NCBI GenBank assembly: GCA_035267985.1
Contig: DATFLG010000022.1
Span: 1-36,635 of the forward strand
Direction: 5' to 3'
DNA length: 36,635 nt
DNA from: Gammaproteobacteria bacterium
GTDB lineage: Bacteria; Pseudomonadota; Gammaproteobacteria; DATFLG01
In this document: positions 24,764 to 35,418 of the stretch, one piece after another
Layout of the letters: each line of letters starts with the position of its first letter
Position numbering within the stretch: the first letter of the stretch is position 1
The notes under the pieces: generated by a model
What the model saw: the letters and a program-made list of their open reading frames with translations, nothing else
Databases searched by the model: none
Told to the model about the DNA's origin: nothing
Position numbers and translations under genes: made by a program

Positions 24764-25854
24764 GACCGTCCCTCCCGGGCCCGGGCCAGGCACAGCTCGG
24801 CGACCCGCTCGGCCGCATCGGGGCGGGCGAGGCCCCGGGCCCGGCCGGCCATTGCCGCCAGGGCCTTGCGGTCACGGTGGGCGGCGAGCAGCGAGGCCAG
24901 CCGCTCGTCGCTGAGCTGGCTCTGCGGCACGAGCAGCGCAGCGCCCGCCTCGGCCAGGTACCGCGCGTTGGCGGTCTGGTGGTCATCCACGGCATGGGGA
25001 TAGGGCACCAGAATGGCCCCCACCCCGGCTGCGGCCAACTCCGCAACGGTCAGCGCGCCGGCCCGGCACACCACCAGGTCCGCCCAGCCGTAGGCCTCGG
25101 CCATGTCCGCAATGAAGGGCTCCACCCGGGCGTCCACGCCCGCCGCCTCATACGCCCCCCGCGCGGCCTCCAGGTGCCGGCTGCCGCACTGGTGCCAGAC
25201 CGTCGGGCGGTGTTCGGCGGCCATGCGGGCGATGGCGGCCGGCACCGTCTCGTTCAAGACCTTGGCCCCCAGGCTGCCGCCCACAACCAGTATCCGCAGC
25301 GCCCCGCTGCGGGCCGCGAAGCGGCTCTGGGGCGCCGGCAGGGCGGCGATGGTCTCGCGCACCGGATTGCCGGTGAGCAGGGGCCGGCGGGCGGCGGGAA
25401 ACGCGCCCGGGAAAGCCTCCATCAACTGGCTGGCCAGGGGCGCCAGCAGCCGGTTGGTCAGACCCGCAACGGAATTCTGCTCGTGAAGCAGCAGGGGGCG
25501 GCGCAGCACCCAGGCCATGAGCCCGCCCGGCCCGGTGACGAAGCCGCCCATGCCCAGCACGGCCCGAGGGCGCACGCGGCCGATCACGGCCCCGGCCTGG
25601 ACAGCGGCGAACGCCAGCATGAAAGGCGCCGCCAGGCGCCGGCCCCAGCCCTTGCCCCGCAGGCCGCTGACCCGGACCCACTCCATGGGCAGCCCCGCCT
25701 CCGGCACCACCTGGGCCTCCAGCCCCCGCCGGGTGCCCATCCATACCACCGCGGCGCCGGCCGCACGCAGCTTCTCGGCCACGGCCAGGGCGGGGAACAC
25801 ATGCCCGCCGGTGCCCCCCGCCATGATCAGAATGCGCATGGGTGCGGCGTTCAT
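24760..25854 (-). CDS. murG: Lipid II synthase MurG (UDP-GlcNAc:undecaprenyl-PP-MurNAc-pentapeptide GlcNAc transferase)
   Basis: The product begins [32 protein letters not shown] 25854 overlaps the ftsW stop (ATGA 25851-25854). Track ORF 24760-27030 is over-extended. Confidence 0.95.
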   Translation of the reverse strand: MNAAPMRILIMAGGTGGHVFPALAVAEKLRAAGAAVVWMGTRRGLEAQVVPEAGLPMEWVRVSGLRGKGWGRRLAAPFMLAFAAVQAGAVIGRVRPRAVLGMGGFVTGPGGLMAWVLRRPLLLHEQNSVAGLTNRLLAPLASQLMEAFPGAFPAARRPLLTGNPVRETIAALPAPQSRFAARSGALRILVVGGSLGAKVLNETVPAAIARMAAEHRPTVWHQCGSRHLEAARGAYEAAGVDARVEPFIADMAEAYGWADLVVCRAGALTVAELAAAGVGAILVPYPHAVDDHQTANARYLAEAGAALLVPQSQLSDERLASLLAAHRDRKALAAMAGRARGLARPDAAERVAELCLARAREGRS

Positions 25855-27077
25855 GTGCGACGCCTCCGCCGGGCCGGCCTCTGCCCCCGGGCCGGCGCGC
25901 CGGCCGGAAGCCGATGAACGCTGGCGCGGTTTTCCGAATCGATGCGCAGCAGAAGCGCGACCGCCACACAGGTGGTGATCAGGCTGCTGCCGCCATAGCT
26001 CAGCAGGGGAAGCGTCAGCCCCTTGGTGGGCAGCAACCCCATGTTCACGCCGATGTTGATGGCGCTCTGCAGGCCCAGCCACGTGCCGATGCCGTAGGCC
26101 AGGAACCCGGAAAAGGCGTCGCCCACATGCTCGGCCACCGCACCGATGGCAAACGCCCGCCACACCACATAGGCGTACAGCCCGACTACCGTGAGCACGC
26201 CGGCCAGTCCCAGCTCCTCGGCCAGCACCGCCACCAGGAAATCGGTATGGGCCTCGGGCAGGTAGAACAGCTTCTGCACGCTGCCGCCCAGGCCCACGCC
26301 GAACCAGGCGCCGCGACCGAAGGCGATCAACGACTGGGTCAGCTGAAAGCCGCTGTTGAAGGGGTCCGCCCAGGGATTGAGAAAGGTGGTGAGCCGTTGC
26401 AGGCGATACGGCGACGACACCGCCAGCACCGCGAGCAGCACCAGGGCACCGCCCACCAGCAGCAGGAACTGCCACCAGCGCACGCCCCCCAGGAACATCA
26501 TTGTCAGGGCAGTGGCCAGCAGCACCACCGCAGCGCCGAAATCCGGTTCCGCCAGCAGCAGGATGCAGACCAGGCCCACCAGCGCCAGGGGCTTGAGGAA
26601 ACCGCGGGCCTGCTCGCGCACTTCCTGGCCCCGGCGCACCAGATAACCGGAGAGGTAGAGCAGCAGCAGCAGCTTGGCCGGCTCCGAGACCTGGACGTTC
26701 ACCGGGCCCATGCCGATCCATCGTGTGCTGCCGTTCACGGTGCGGCCCAGCCCCGGCACCAGCACCACCAGCAGCAGGCCGATGGCGAGCGCCAGCCAGA
26801 GCATGCCGGCGCGTTCCCACTGCACCAGACGCACCCTCAGAACCGCCGCCCCGACGGCGAGCCCCACCAGAATGTAGATTGCCTGGCGGATCGCGAAATA
26901 GAACGGATTGCCGGTCTGCTTGTCGGCAATGGTCATGGACGCGGAGGTCACCATCACCAGGCCCAGCCCCAGCAGCGCCAGGATCACGCCCAGAAGGCGG
27001 TAATCCAGGGGCGGGAAACGCAGTGCCCACGGGCGAGCGGATGCGGCCGGCTGGGCAAGCTGGGCGCGGATGCTCAT
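25851..27077 (-). CDS. ftsW: SEDS-family peptidoglycan glycosyltransferase / cell division protein FtsW
   Basis: The 408-aa product is polytopic. Conserved segments are QPSEPAKLLLLLYLSGYL-like (VSEPAKLLLLLYLSGYL) and PTKGLTLPLLSYGGSSL. ATG 27077 overlaps the murD stop (ATGA 27074-27077). Confidence 0.95.
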   Translation of the reverse strand: MSIRAQLAQPAASARPWALRFPPLDYRLLGVILALLGLGLVMVTSASMTIADKQTGNPFYFAIRQAIYILVGLAVGAAVLRVRLVQWERAGMLWLALAIGLLLVVLVPGLGRTVNGSTRWIGMGPVNVQVSEPAKLLLLLYLSGYLVRRGQEVREQARGFLKPLALVGLVCILLLAEPDFGAAVVLLATALTMMFLGGVRWWQFLLLVGGALVLLAVLAVSSPYRLQRLTTFLNPWADPFNSGFQLTQSLIAFGRGAWFGVGLGGSVQKLFYLPEAHTDFLVAVLAEELGLAGVLTVVGLYAYVVWRAFAIGAVAEHVGDAFSGFLAYGIGTWLGLQSAINIGVNMGLLPTKGLTLPLLSYGGSSLITTCVAVALLLRIDSENRASVHRLPAGAPARGQRPARRRRRT

Positions 27078-28438
27078 GTCAGCCGCCTCCGCACCGCGTC
27101 CGCGAACACCCGGCCGCGCTCTTCGTAGTTGCTGAACATGTCGAAGCTGGCGCAGGCGGGCGAGAGCAGCACGTCGTCCCCCGACCGTGCCAACTCCCGG
27201 GCACGCTCCACCGCTTCGTCCATAGTGCCGGCCCGAACGACCGGCACCACCCCCGCCAGAGCCGTCTCGATAGCCGGCGCATCCCGTCCGATGAGCACCG
27301 CCGCCCGGCCGCGCCGGACCAGGGGCTCGCGCAGGGGCGTGAAATCGGCGCCTTTGCCGTCACCCCCCGCGATCAGCACCACCGGACCCGGCATGCCTTC
27401 GATGGCGGCCAGGGTCGCGCCCAGATTGGTGCCCTTGGAGTCGTTGTACCAGCGCACCCCGTCATGCTCGGCCACGAACTCGGTACGGTGAGGCAGCCCC
27501 GGGAAACGCCGCAGGGCGTCCAGACAGGCATCCAGGGGCAGACCGACCGCCTCGCCCAGGGCGAGAGCCGCCAGGGCGTTGGCCAGATTGTGGCGCCCGA
27601 CCAGCCGCAGCCCGGCAGCGGGCATCAGCCATTGATCCGCCTTCACCAGCCACTCCCGGTCATCGCGCCGGCGCAGCCCGTAATCCGCCCCTTCGGGCTC
27701 GCCCAGGGTGAAGCGCACCCACGGGCGAGCCGGTTCGGCCAGCCCGGCGGCCACCGTGTCGTCGGCGTTGACCACCTGGACGGCGGCTCCGTGGTAGATG
27801 CGCTGTTTGGCGCGGCTGTATTCGGCGAGGCTGGCGTAGCGGTCCAGGTGGTCCGGGCTGATATTGAGCACCACCGCCGCGGCGGCCTTGAGGCTGAACG
27901 TGGACTCGAGCTGGAAGCTGGACAGTTCCAGCACGTACAGGTCCGGCTCCTGCTCATTGAGCAGCGCCAGCGCCGGGATGCCGATGTTGCCCCCCAGGCG
28001 CACATCCCGTCCGGCGCAGCGGGCCATCTCCCCCACCAGGGTGGTGACCGTACTCTTGCCGTTGCTGCCCGTGACGGCCACCACCGGGGCGCGCACCGCC
28101 CGGGCGAAGAGTTCGATGTCGCCGATCACCTCTACACCGCGCTGCCGGGCGGCCGCCAGCAGGGGTTCGCGCAGGGGCACGCCCGGGCTGACCACCACCT
28201 GCTCGGCATGCTCGAAGGCCTCGGGGTTGAAACCGCCGAGGAACAATGCCACGTCGGGCAACTCCTCCTGCAGGGACGCCAGCTCCGGCGGACGGACACG
28301 GCTGTCGGTCACCGCCACCTGGCACCCCTGCCGTGCCAGATAGCGGGCGCAGGACAGCCCGGTCCTGCCCAGACCCACCACCAGCCGCTTGCGCGCCCGA
28401 GGCGTGTACTCAGCCATTGCCGCAGATGCCGTCGCCAT
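27074..28438 (-). CDS. murD: UDP-N-acetylmuramoylalanine--D-glutamate ligase
   Basis: The product has LVVGLGRTGLSCARYLARQG and VTGSNGKSTVTT. ATG 28438 has GAGG 4 nt upstream. ATG 28417 is the alternative start. Confidence 0.95.
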   Translation of the reverse strand: MATASAAMAEYTPRARKRLVVGLGRTGLSCARYLARQGCQVAVTDSRVRPPELASLQEELPDVALFLGGFNPEAFEHAEQVVVSPGVPLREPLLAAARQRGVEVIGDIELFARAVRAPVVAVTGSNGKSTVTTLVGEMARCAGRDVRLGGNIGIPALALLNEQEPDLYVLELSSFQLESTFSLKAAAAVVLNISPDHLDRYASLAEYSRAKQRIYHGAAVQVVNADDTVAAGLAEPARPWVRFTLGEPEGADYGLRRRDDREWLVKADQWLMPAAGLRLVGRHNLANALAALALGEAVGLPLDACLDALRRFPGLPHRTEFVAEHDGVRWYNDSKGTNLGATLAAIEGMPGPVVLIAGGDGKGADFTPLREPLVRRGRAAVLIGRDAPAIETALAGVVPVVRAGTMDEAVERARELARSGDDVLLSPACASFDMFSNYEERGRVFADAVRRRLT

Positions 28439-28450
28439 TCCGCCTCAACG

Positions 28451-28528
28451 TCAGACCAGGTACAACGTCAATGAAATCAGCACGAAGGTCACACCCACGA
28501 TCGCCATCTGTCTTTTCACGCTCAGCAT
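28451..28528 (-). CDS. Candidate 25-aa single-pass membrane mini-protein (MLSVKRQMAIVGVTFVLISLTLYLV); not in the ORF track
   Basis: I translated this by hand. AGGAG sits immediately after the mraY TAA, followed by a 7-nt spacer and ATG 28528-28526. TGA 28453-28451 lies 12 nt before the murD ATG. G/C occupies 20 of 25 third codon positions even though the segment is only 39/78 G+C overall. Confidence 0.4.
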   Translation of the reverse strand: MLSVKRQMAIVGVTFVLISLTLYLV

Positions 28529-28540
28529 GGGGACTCTCCT

Positions 28541-29623
28541 TTAGCGGATCTTCAGGGTTGCCAATCCCACCAGCACCAGAATCACGGTGATGATCCAGAA
28601 CCGCACGATCACCCGAGGCTCCGGCCAGCCTTTGAGCTCGAAGTGGTGATGCAGCGGCGCCATGCGGAATATCCGCCTGCCGGTGAGCTTGAACGAGGCC
28701 ACCTGCAGGATCACGGACACGGTCTCCACCACGAACACGCCTGCCATCAGAAAGAACACCAGCTCCTGGCGCACCAGGACGGCCACCGTGCCCAGGGCCG
28801 CGCCCAGGGCCAGGGCGCCCACGTCGCCCATGAACACCTGCGCCGGATAGGCGTTGAACCACAGAAAGCCCAGGCCGGCACCGACAATCGCGCTGCAGAA
28901 CACCACGACCTCGCCCACGTGGGAGATATGGGGTATGCCGAGGTAGGCGGAAAACTTCACGTGACCGGTGGTGTAGGCGAAGATCCCCAGCGCCCCGGCG
29001 ACCATCACCGTAGGCATGATGGCCAGGCCGTCCAGCCCGTCCGTGAGGTTGACGGCGTTGCTGGCACCGACGATCACGAAATAGGTGAGCAGAACGTAGC
29101 CCCAGCCCATGGGAACGGCCACCTGTTTGAAGAACGGCACGATCAGGTCGGTTTCCGCCGGCGTGGTCGCGGTGGCGTACAGGAACACCGCCGCACCCAG
29201 CCCGATCGCCGACTGCCAGGAGTATTTGGTGCGGGCCGACAGCCCCTTGGAGTTGCGCAGCACGAGCTTCCTGTAGTCGTCCACCCAGCCGATGACCCCG
29301 AAGGACAACGTCACCAGGAGTACCACCCAGATGTAGCGATCCCGCAGGTCCGCCCACAGCAGCGTGGTCACCGCGATCGCCACCAGAATGAGCGCGCCGC
29401 CCATGGTGGGCGTGCCCGCCTTGGTGAGGTGACTGGCCGGGCCGTCGTCGCGCACCTGCTGGCCGATCTGGTAGCGGCTCAGGCGCCGGATCACCATGGG
29501 GCCGATGATCAGGGAAATCACCAGGGCCGTCAGCACACCCAGGATGGCGCGCAGGGTCAGGTACTGGAAGACATTGAAGCCGCTGTAGTAGCGGGTCAGG
29601 TATTCGGCCAGGAACACCAGCAT
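28541..29623 (-). CDS. mraY: Phospho-N-acetylmuramoyl-pentapeptide transferase
   Basis: I set the start at ATG 29623 ([29 protein letters not shown]), 4 nt after the murF stop. Conserved segments are [13 protein letters not shown] and the C-terminal HHHFELKGW. Confidence 0.97.
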   Translation of the reverse strand: MLVFLAEYLTRYYSGFNVFQYLTLRAILGVLTALVISLIIGPMVIRRLSRYQIGQQVRDDGPASHLTKAGTPTMGGALILVAIAVTTLLWADLRDRYIWVVLLVTLSFGVIGWVDDYRKLVLRNSKGLSARTKYSWQSAIGLGAAVFLYATATTPAETDLIVPFFKQVAVPMGWGYVLLTYFVIVGASNAVNLTDGLDGLAIMPTVMVAGALGIFAYTTGHVKFSAYLGIPHISHVGEVVVFCSAIVGAGLGFLWFNAYPAQVFMGDVGALALGAALGTVAVLVRQELVFFLMAGVFVVETVSVILQVASFKLTGRRIFRMAPLHHHFELKGWPEPRVIVRFWIITVILVLVGLATLKIR

Positions 29624-29627
29624 GATG

Positions 29628-31007
29628 TCAGTGCCCCCGCTCGTGGGTTCGGGCCCCGGCGGGCGCCGCCGGACCGACCAGGGCGTGCACGGCACGCTCC
29701 ATCTGCATGCGACGCGAGCCTTTGACGAGCACGCTCACGCCGGGCTGCACGTCGTTGGTCAGGGCCGCGACCAGCGCTTCCATGGTAGGAAAGGGGCGGG
29801 CGCCTTCGCCGAAGGCGTCCGCCGCCGCCGCCGCCAGCGGCCCCAGGGCATAGAGACGATCCACCCCCGCCGCGCGCAGCTCGCGGCCGGTCCGGGCGTG
29901 CAAGGCTTGGGCGCCGGCCCCGAGCTCGCCCATATCGCCCAGCACCACCCAGCGCCGGCCGCCCCGGGCGCCCAGCACCTCCAGTGCCGCTGCCAGGGAG
30001 GCGGGATTGGCGTTGTAGGTGTCGTCGATGATCTCCACCCCGTCTTTCCGGCGGCTGACAGTGAGACGGCCGGGCACCGGCTGCAGGGACCCGAGCCCCT
30101 CGCCGACCTGGGTCAGGGACGCGCCGGCTGCCAGAGCGGCGGCGGCCGCGGCCAGGGCGTTCATGACGTTGTGCCGGCCGGGCAGGGCCAGCTGAATCTC
30201 CAGCTCCCCGTCCGGCGTCCGCAGGTCCAGACGGCTGCCGGCGCCTTCCGCCTGCCAGGTGGCGCTCACCGCCGCCGGCTTCTCCAGAGCGAAATCCATG
30301 ACCCGCCGCTCACCGGCCAGCTCGCGCCACAGGGGTGCGTAGGGGTCGTCCGCGTTGATCACCGCGATACCGTCGTCGCCGAGCCCGCTGAACAGCTCCC
30401 CCTTGCCCCGGGCCACACCGTCCAGGGAACCGAATCCCTCCAGGTGGGCCGGCCCCGCGTTGGTCACCACGGCCACGGTGGGGCCGGCGATGGAAGCCAG
30501 ATTGGCAATCTCCCCGCAATGGTTGGCCCCCATTTCCACCACTGCGCTGGCGTGCTCCGCGTTGAGCCCGAACAGGGTCAGGGGCACGCCGATGTCGTTG
30601 TTGAGGTTGCCCCGGGTGGCCAGCACTTCGCCCCGGCGACGCAGCACCGCCGCGATCATCTCCTTCACCGTGGTCTTGCCGTTGCTGCCCGTCACGGCGA
30701 TGACCGGCAGGGAGAAACGCCCGCGCCAGTGCCGTGCCAGATCACCCAGGCAGCGGCGGGTATCGGGCACCACCAGCTGGGCGAGGGGGTCCGCCACGCC
30801 ATGCTGGACCGCCGCTCCGGCGGCCCCCCGGCTCCGGGCCTGATCCAGGAAGGCATGGCCGTCAAAGCTCGGCCCCTGCAGGGCGACGAACAGGTTGCCC
30901 TGCTGCAGCGTGCGCGTATCGGTGCTCACGCCGGCGAACGGCGCGTCGGGCCCCGCCAGCTCCGCGTCCAGCAGCCGGGCGCTCTCGGAAAGCTGCATGG
31001 CGATCAT
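29628..31007 (-). CDS. murF: UDP-N-acetylmuramoyl-tripeptide--D-alanyl-D-alanine ligase
   Basis: The product has [26 protein letters not shown] and [16 protein letters not shown] 31007 overlaps the murE stop (ATGA 31004-31007). Confidence 0.95.
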   Translation of the reverse strand: MIAMQLSESARLLDAELAGPDAPFAGVSTDTRTLQQGNLFVALQGPSFDGHAFLDQARSRGAAGAAVQHGVADPLAQLVVPDTRRCLGDLARHWRGRFSLPVIAVTGSNGKTTVKEMIAAVLRRRGEVLATRGNLNNDIGVPLTLFGLNAEHASAVVEMGANHCGEIANLASIAGPTVAVVTNAGPAHLEGFGSLDGVARGKGELFSGLGDDGIAVINADDPYAPLWRELAGERRVMDFALEKPAAVSATWQAEGAGSRLDLRTPDGELEIQLALPGRHNVMNALAAAAAALAAGASLTQVGEGLGSLQPVPGRLTVSRRKDGVEIIDDTYNANPASLAAALEVLGARGGRRWVVLGDMGELGAGAQALHARTGRELRAAGVDRLYALGPLAAAAADAFGEGARPFPTMEALVAALTNDVQPGVSVLVKGSRRMQMERAVHALVGPAAPAGARTHERGH

Positions 31008-32509
31008 GAGGGCCGCCCCAGCCGGGCGCGCACCTGCTCGCGGTCACTGAACGGCACACGCCGCGCGCCGATCTGCTGGTAGTCCTCGTGGCCCTTGCCG
31101 GCCACCAGCACCACGTCGCCGGGGCGCGCCCTGTCCACCGCCAGCGCAATGGCCCGGCCCCGGTCCCGCTCCACATAAACGGCGTCCGGAGCCTGCAGGC
31201 CGGCGAGAATGTCCACTACGATCTGGGTGGCGTCCTCGTTGCGGGGATTGTCATCGGTGACCACGACCCGGTCCGCCAGCCGCTCCGCGACCCGGCCCAT
31301 CAAAGGACGCTTGCCGGCGTCCCGTTCCCCGCCGGCGCCGAACACGCACCACAGCGCCCCGTCGCAGTGCTCACGCAGGGCCCCCAGGACCTGTTCCAGG
31401 GCCTGGGGGGTGTGGGCGTAATCCACGACCACCAGCGGCTGCCCCGGACCGCCGCCGAAACATTCCATGCGCCCGGGCACCGTGGCGGTCTGCCCCAGCC
31501 GATGCAGGGCCTGCTCGAAAGGCACTCCCAGCACCACCAGGGCCCCCAGGGCCCCCAGCAGGTTGCTGGCATTGAATCGCCCCAGCAGCCGGGTGCCCAG
31601 GGTGCCGCTGCCCCAGGGGCTGCGCACCCGCAGATGCAGCCCCTGGGGATCGAGCACCAGCTCATCGCCCTGCACGCCGGGACGGTCCGGAGGCAGGGCC
31701 TGGAGCCCGTAGGCGAGGGTGTCCAGACCGCCGGACAGGGTCTCCAGCAGCTCTCGGCCGAACGCGTCATCGGCATTGAGCACCGCGTGGGCCAGGCCGG
31801 GGCTTTCGAACAGGCCACGCTTGGCGTCGGCATAGCTCGCCAGGTCCCCGTGGTAGTCCAGGTGGTCGCGCCCCAGATTGGTGAGCACCGCGGTATGAAA
31901 GCGCACGGCGGTGGTGCGCCCCTGATGCAGGGCGTGGGACGAGGCCTCCATCACCACCCGGCGCGCGCCGGCATCGCGCAGTCCGGCGAGCTCGCGCTGC
32001 AGGGCCACCGCATCGGGCGTGGTATGGGTGCCGGCGTCCAGTGCGCCGTAACGCCCGTAACCCAGGGTCCCGATAAGGCCGCAGGGGGCAGTCGCCTCAT
32101 CCAGCGCCTGGGCAATGAAATGACTGCAGGAAGTCTTGCCGTCCGTGCCGGTGACACCGATCACCGCCAGTTCCCCGGAAGGATGGCCGAAGAACCGGTC
32201 CGCGATCACCCCCAGCACCTGTCCGAGCCCGGGCACCGCCACCGCCGGCACGGCCGCGGCGGGCGGCGCCGCTCCCGGCACCGGCTCCCAGACCACCGCG
32301 GCCGCCCCTGCCGCCAGGGCCTGATCGAGATGGCGCAATCCGTGGGTGTGACGCCCGGCGCGGGCCAGAAACAGATCGCCGGGCTGAACCCGGCGGCTGT
32401 CGGTGGCAAGGCCCTGCACCGTCACCTCCCGATCCGGCTCCAACTCCGCAAGCCCCTCGAGCAGCGCGCCCAGACGATAACCGTTGGCCAGCTCCCGGGC
32501 GGCCATCAT
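31004..32509 (-). CDS. murE: UDP-N-acetylmuramoyl-L-alanyl-D-glutamate--2,6-diaminopimelate ligase
   Basis: The product has TDSRRVQPGDLFLA, VTGTDGKTS and a C-terminal DNPRNED (the DAP-type DNPR motif). ATG 32509 overlaps the ftsI stop (ATGA 32506-32509). Confidence 0.95.
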   Translation of the reverse strand: MMAARELANGYRLGALLEGLAELEPDREVTVQGLATDSRRVQPGDLFLARAGRHTHGLRHLDQALAAGAAAVVWEPVPGAAPPAAAVPAVAVPGLGQVLGVIADRFFGHPSGELAVIGVTGTDGKTSCSHFIAQALDEATAPCGLIGTLGYGRYGALDAGTHTTPDAVALQRELAGLRDAGARRVVMEASSHALHQGRTTAVRFHTAVLTNLGRDHLDYHGDLASYADAKRGLFESPGLAHAVLNADDAFGRELLETLSGGLDTLAYGLQALPPDRPGVQGDELVLDPQGLHLRVRSPWGSGTLGTRLLGRFNASNLLGALGALVVLGVPFEQALHRLGQTATVPGRMECFGGGPGQPLVVVDYAHTPQALEQVLGALREHCDGALWCVFGAGGERDAGKRPLMGRVAERLADRVVVTDDNPRNEDATQIVVDILAGLQAPDAVYVERDRGRAIALAVDRARPGDVVLVAGKGHEDYQQIGARRVPFSDREQVRARLGRPS

Positions 32510-34215
32510 GCCGCACCCCCCGATCGGCCATGGCCGTTCTGCACCAGGGGCAGGTCGTCGGGCGGGATGTCCAGCAGGCGCAGCGCACCGCTCATGATCT
32601 TGGAGAACACCGGTGCGGCCACCAGCCCGCCGAAATAGTCCCCCTTGGGCTCGTTGATCATCACCACCGTCACCAGCCGGGGGTCGCTGGCCGGCGCCAT
32701 GCCGGCGAACAGGCTGAGGTAGCGATGGGGCGCGTAGCCCCCGGGGATCGACTTGTGCACCGTGCCGGTCTTGCCGGCCACGTGGTAACCGGCCACGGCG
32801 GCCCGCTCGCCGGTGCCCTGAGGCGAAACCACCGTTTCGAGCATGGTCCGCACCTGTTCAGCGATATGGGCGCTGAGCACGCGTTTGCCGGCCGGCGGCT
32901 TGTTGAGCTTGACGAAGGACACCGGCCGGCGGATGCCGCCGTCGGCCAGGACCGCATAGGCCCGGGCCAGCTGCACCGCGGTGACAGACACGCCGTAGCC
33001 GAAGGACACGGTCGCCCGCTCCAGGTTGTGCCAGCGCCGGTAGTTGCTGAGCAGGCCGCTGGCCTCCCCGGGAAACCCGCTGCCGGTGACTTCGCCAAAG
33101 CCCGCCCGGGCCAACATGGACCACTCCCGCTTGGGCGGCAGCGAGAGGGCGATCTTGCTGGCGCCCACGTTGCTGGACTTGCGGATGACACCGGTGACAT
33201 CCAGCATTCCGTAGTCGCCATCGTCACGAATGGTGTGGGAACCCACTTTCAGATATCCCGGCGCCGTGTCGATGGGGGTGTGCGGGGTATACAAGCCGCT
33301 TTCCAGGGCGGCGGCGATGGTGAAGGGCTTGAGGGTGGAGCCGGGCTCGAAGACGTCGGTCACCGCGCGGTTGCGCATGGCCGCCGCATGCAGGCGCTTG
33401 CGGTTGTTGGGATTGTAGGAGGGCTGGTTGACCATCGCCAGCACCTCGCCAGTGGTCGGGTCCAGGACCACCGCCGAACCGGAGCGGGCATGGTGGGCCA
33501 GCACCGCGGCTTTGAGCTCCCGGTAGGCCAGGTATTGGATACGCCGGTCGATGCTCAGGGTCAGCTTGTGCCCGGGCCGCGGGGCGCGGATGCTGTCCAC
33601 ATCCTCGATGATGTGGTGTCGGCCGTCCTGGATCACCCGCTTTTCGCCCGCTTCCCCCCGCAGCCAGTCGTCATAGGCCAGCTCCAGCCCTTCCTGGCCC
33701 CGGTCGTCGATGTTGGTGAATCCCAGCACATGGGCGGTCACCTCGCCGGCCGGGTAGTAGCGCCGATACTCGCGCTGCAGATAGACGCCGGGGATCCCCA
33801 GCGCCATGACCCGATGGGCCTTGCCCGGCGGCAGCTGACGTTTGAGGTAAACGAACTCGCGGCTGGAGCGTTGTGCCAGCAGGCGGCGCAGGTGACCTCC
33901 ATCCAGGTGAAGCGCTGCGGCCAGCTTCGCCAGGGTCGGCCCCGCCGTCGGCAACTCCTGGGGGTTGGCCCACACCGAGTCCACGGGGGTGCTGATGGCC
34001 AGGGGCTCGCCGCGCCGGTCCACGATCATGCCGCGGTGGGCGGGCACCTTGACCACACGCAGATGCCGGGCGTCACCTTCGTTCTGCAGGAACGCCTTGT
34101 CCACCACCTGCAGATCCACGGCCCGGGCCACCAGGGACACGAAACCGCCGGCCAGCAGCCCCAGCACGAGTCGGCGGCGACCGGGGTAGGCGACTTTGGC
34201 GGCGCGGCTGTTCAT
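32506..34215 (-). CDS. ftsI: Peptidoglycan D,D-transpeptidase FtsI (PBP3)
   Basis: The product has an N-terminal TM, a PBP dimerisation domain, and the transpeptidase motifs STLKP (SxxK), SSN and KTGT. ATG 34215 overlaps the ftsL stop (ATGA 34212-34215). Confidence 0.95.
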   Translation of the reverse strand: MNSRAAKVAYPGRRRLVLGLLAGGFVSLVARAVDLQVVDKAFLQNEGDARHLRVVKVPAHRGMIVDRRGEPLAISTPVDSVWANPQELPTAGPTLAKLAAALHLDGGHLRRLLAQRSSREFVYLKRQLPPGKAHRVMALGIPGVYLQREYRRYYPAGEVTAHVLGFTNIDDRGQEGLELAYDDWLRGEAGEKRVIQDGRHHIIEDVDSIRAPRPGHKLTLSIDRRIQYLAYRELKAAVLAHHARSGSAVVLDPTTGEVLAMVNQPSYNPNNRKRLHAAAMRNRAVTDVFEPGSTLKPFTIAAALESGLYTPHTPIDTAPGYLKVGSHTIRDDGDYGMLDVTGVIRKSSNVGASKIALSLPPKREWSMLARAGFGEVTGSGFPGEASGLLSNYRRWHNLERATVSFGYGVSVTAVQLARAYAVLADGGIRRPVSFVKLNKPPAGKRVLSAHIAEQVRTMLETVVSPQGTGERAAVAGYHVAGKTGTVHKSIPGGYAPHRYLSLFAGMAPASDPRLVTVVMINEPKGDYFGGLVAAPVFSKIMSGALRLLDIPPDDLPLVQNGHGRSGGAA

Positions 34216-34481
34216 GGCCGGACGATCACCACCTGATTCGGAGACGGGCTCACCATGCCCAGGCGGTCACGCGCCAGGCGCTCCACGCGGCTGTGGGTGG
34301 CCCAGGTGCTCTGTTCCAGCTGGAGGCGTCCCCACTCGATATTCATCGCATCCCGCTTCGACTGTAATGACTGCAGCTCAATAAAGAGCTTGCGCGACTC
34401 GTATTTGGCGTAAACCAGCGCCAGGGCCGACGACACCACGGCCCCTGCGAGAATGCTCAATGCCAGCGCGCGCCCCTTCAC
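34212..34481 (-). CDS. ftsL: Cell division protein FtsL
   Basis: The 89-aa product has a TM segment ([20 protein letters not shown]) followed by a coiled region ([31 protein letters not shown]). GTG 34481 overlaps the rsmH stop (GTGA 34478-34481). Confidence 0.88.
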   Translation of the reverse strand: MKGRALALSILAGAVVSSALALVYAKYESRKLFIELQSLQSKRDAMNIEWGRLQLEQSTWATHSRVERLARDRLGMVSPSPNQVVIVRP

Positions 34482-35413
34482 GCCGCGCGCTCCGCGACCC
34501 GCAGCACCGCACTGCGCGCCCGGGGATTGGCGGCCACTTCCGCCTCCCCCGGCCGGCGCGCCTTGCCCACCAGGCGCAGCCGGCCGGGCGGGGCTTCGCC
34601 GCGCACCGGCAGACCCGGCGGCAGCGGCTCACCACGGGATTCACGGCGCATGAAGCGCTTGACCATGCGATCCTCGAGGGAATGAAAGCTGATCACCGCC
34701 AGACGCCCGCCGGGGCCCAGCACCTCCACCGCCTGGCGCAGACCTTCCTTCAGCTCATCCAGCTCCCGGTTGATGTGAATGCGAATGGCCTGAAAACTGC
34801 GGGTGGCCGGATGTTTGCCGCGCTCGCGTGCCGGCACTGCCCGGGCGATCAGGTCCGCGAGCTGCACCGTGCGGGTCAGGGGCGTTCTGTCCCGGGTCTG
34901 CACCACCGCACCGGCAATACGCCGGGCAAAACGCTCTTCCCCGTAGTCCTTCAGCACGCGGGCGATCTCCCGCTCCGACGCCGTGGCCAGCCACGCCGCT
35001 GCGCTGGGGCTGCTAGCGGGATCCATGCGCATGTCCAGGGGTCCGTCGTGGGCGAAGCTGAAGCCCCGCTCGGCGGCATCCAGCTGGGGGGAGGAGACCC
35101 CCAGGTCCAGCAGCACGCCGCTGACCGACCCCGCCCATTCCAGGCTCCTGACCCGCTGTTCGAGCATCGCGAACGAACCCCGTTCGACCGTAAACCGCGC
35201 GTCACTTCCGAACCGGCGGCGCGCCGCCGCCACCGCCTCCGGATCCTTGTCCATGGCCAGCAGCCTGCCCTCAGGGCCCAGCCGCTCCAGAATCGCCCCG
35301 GCGTGGCCTCCCCGTCCGAAGGTGGCATCCACGTAGCGCCCGTGGGGCTGCACACTGAGCGCTTCCAGCACCTCCTCCAGCAGTACGGGCCGGTGCGCCT
35401 GCTCCTGCGCCAT
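34478..35413 (-). CDS. rsmH: 16S rRNA (cytosine1402-N4)-methyltransferase RsmH (MraW)
   Basis: I set the start at ATG 35413 ([42 protein letters not shown]). The product has [12 protein letters not shown] and ISFHSLEDR. Track ORF 34478-35716 is over-extended. Confidence 0.95.
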   Translation of the reverse strand: MAQEQAHRPVLLEEVLEALSVQPHGRYVDATFGRGGHAGAILERLGPEGRLLAMDKDPEAVAAARRRFGSDARFTVERGSFAMLEQRVRSLEWAGSVSGVLLDLGVSSPQLDAAERGFSFAHDGPLDMRMDPASSPSAAAWLATASEREIARVLKDYGEERFARRIAGAVVQTRDRTPLTRTVQLADLIARAVPARERGKHPATRSFQAIRIHINRELDELKEGLRQAVEVLGPGGRLAVISFHSLEDRMVKRFMRRESRGEPLPPGLPVRGEAPPGRLRLVGKARRPGEAEVAANPRARSAVLRVAERAA

Positions 35414-35418
35414 GGGCC

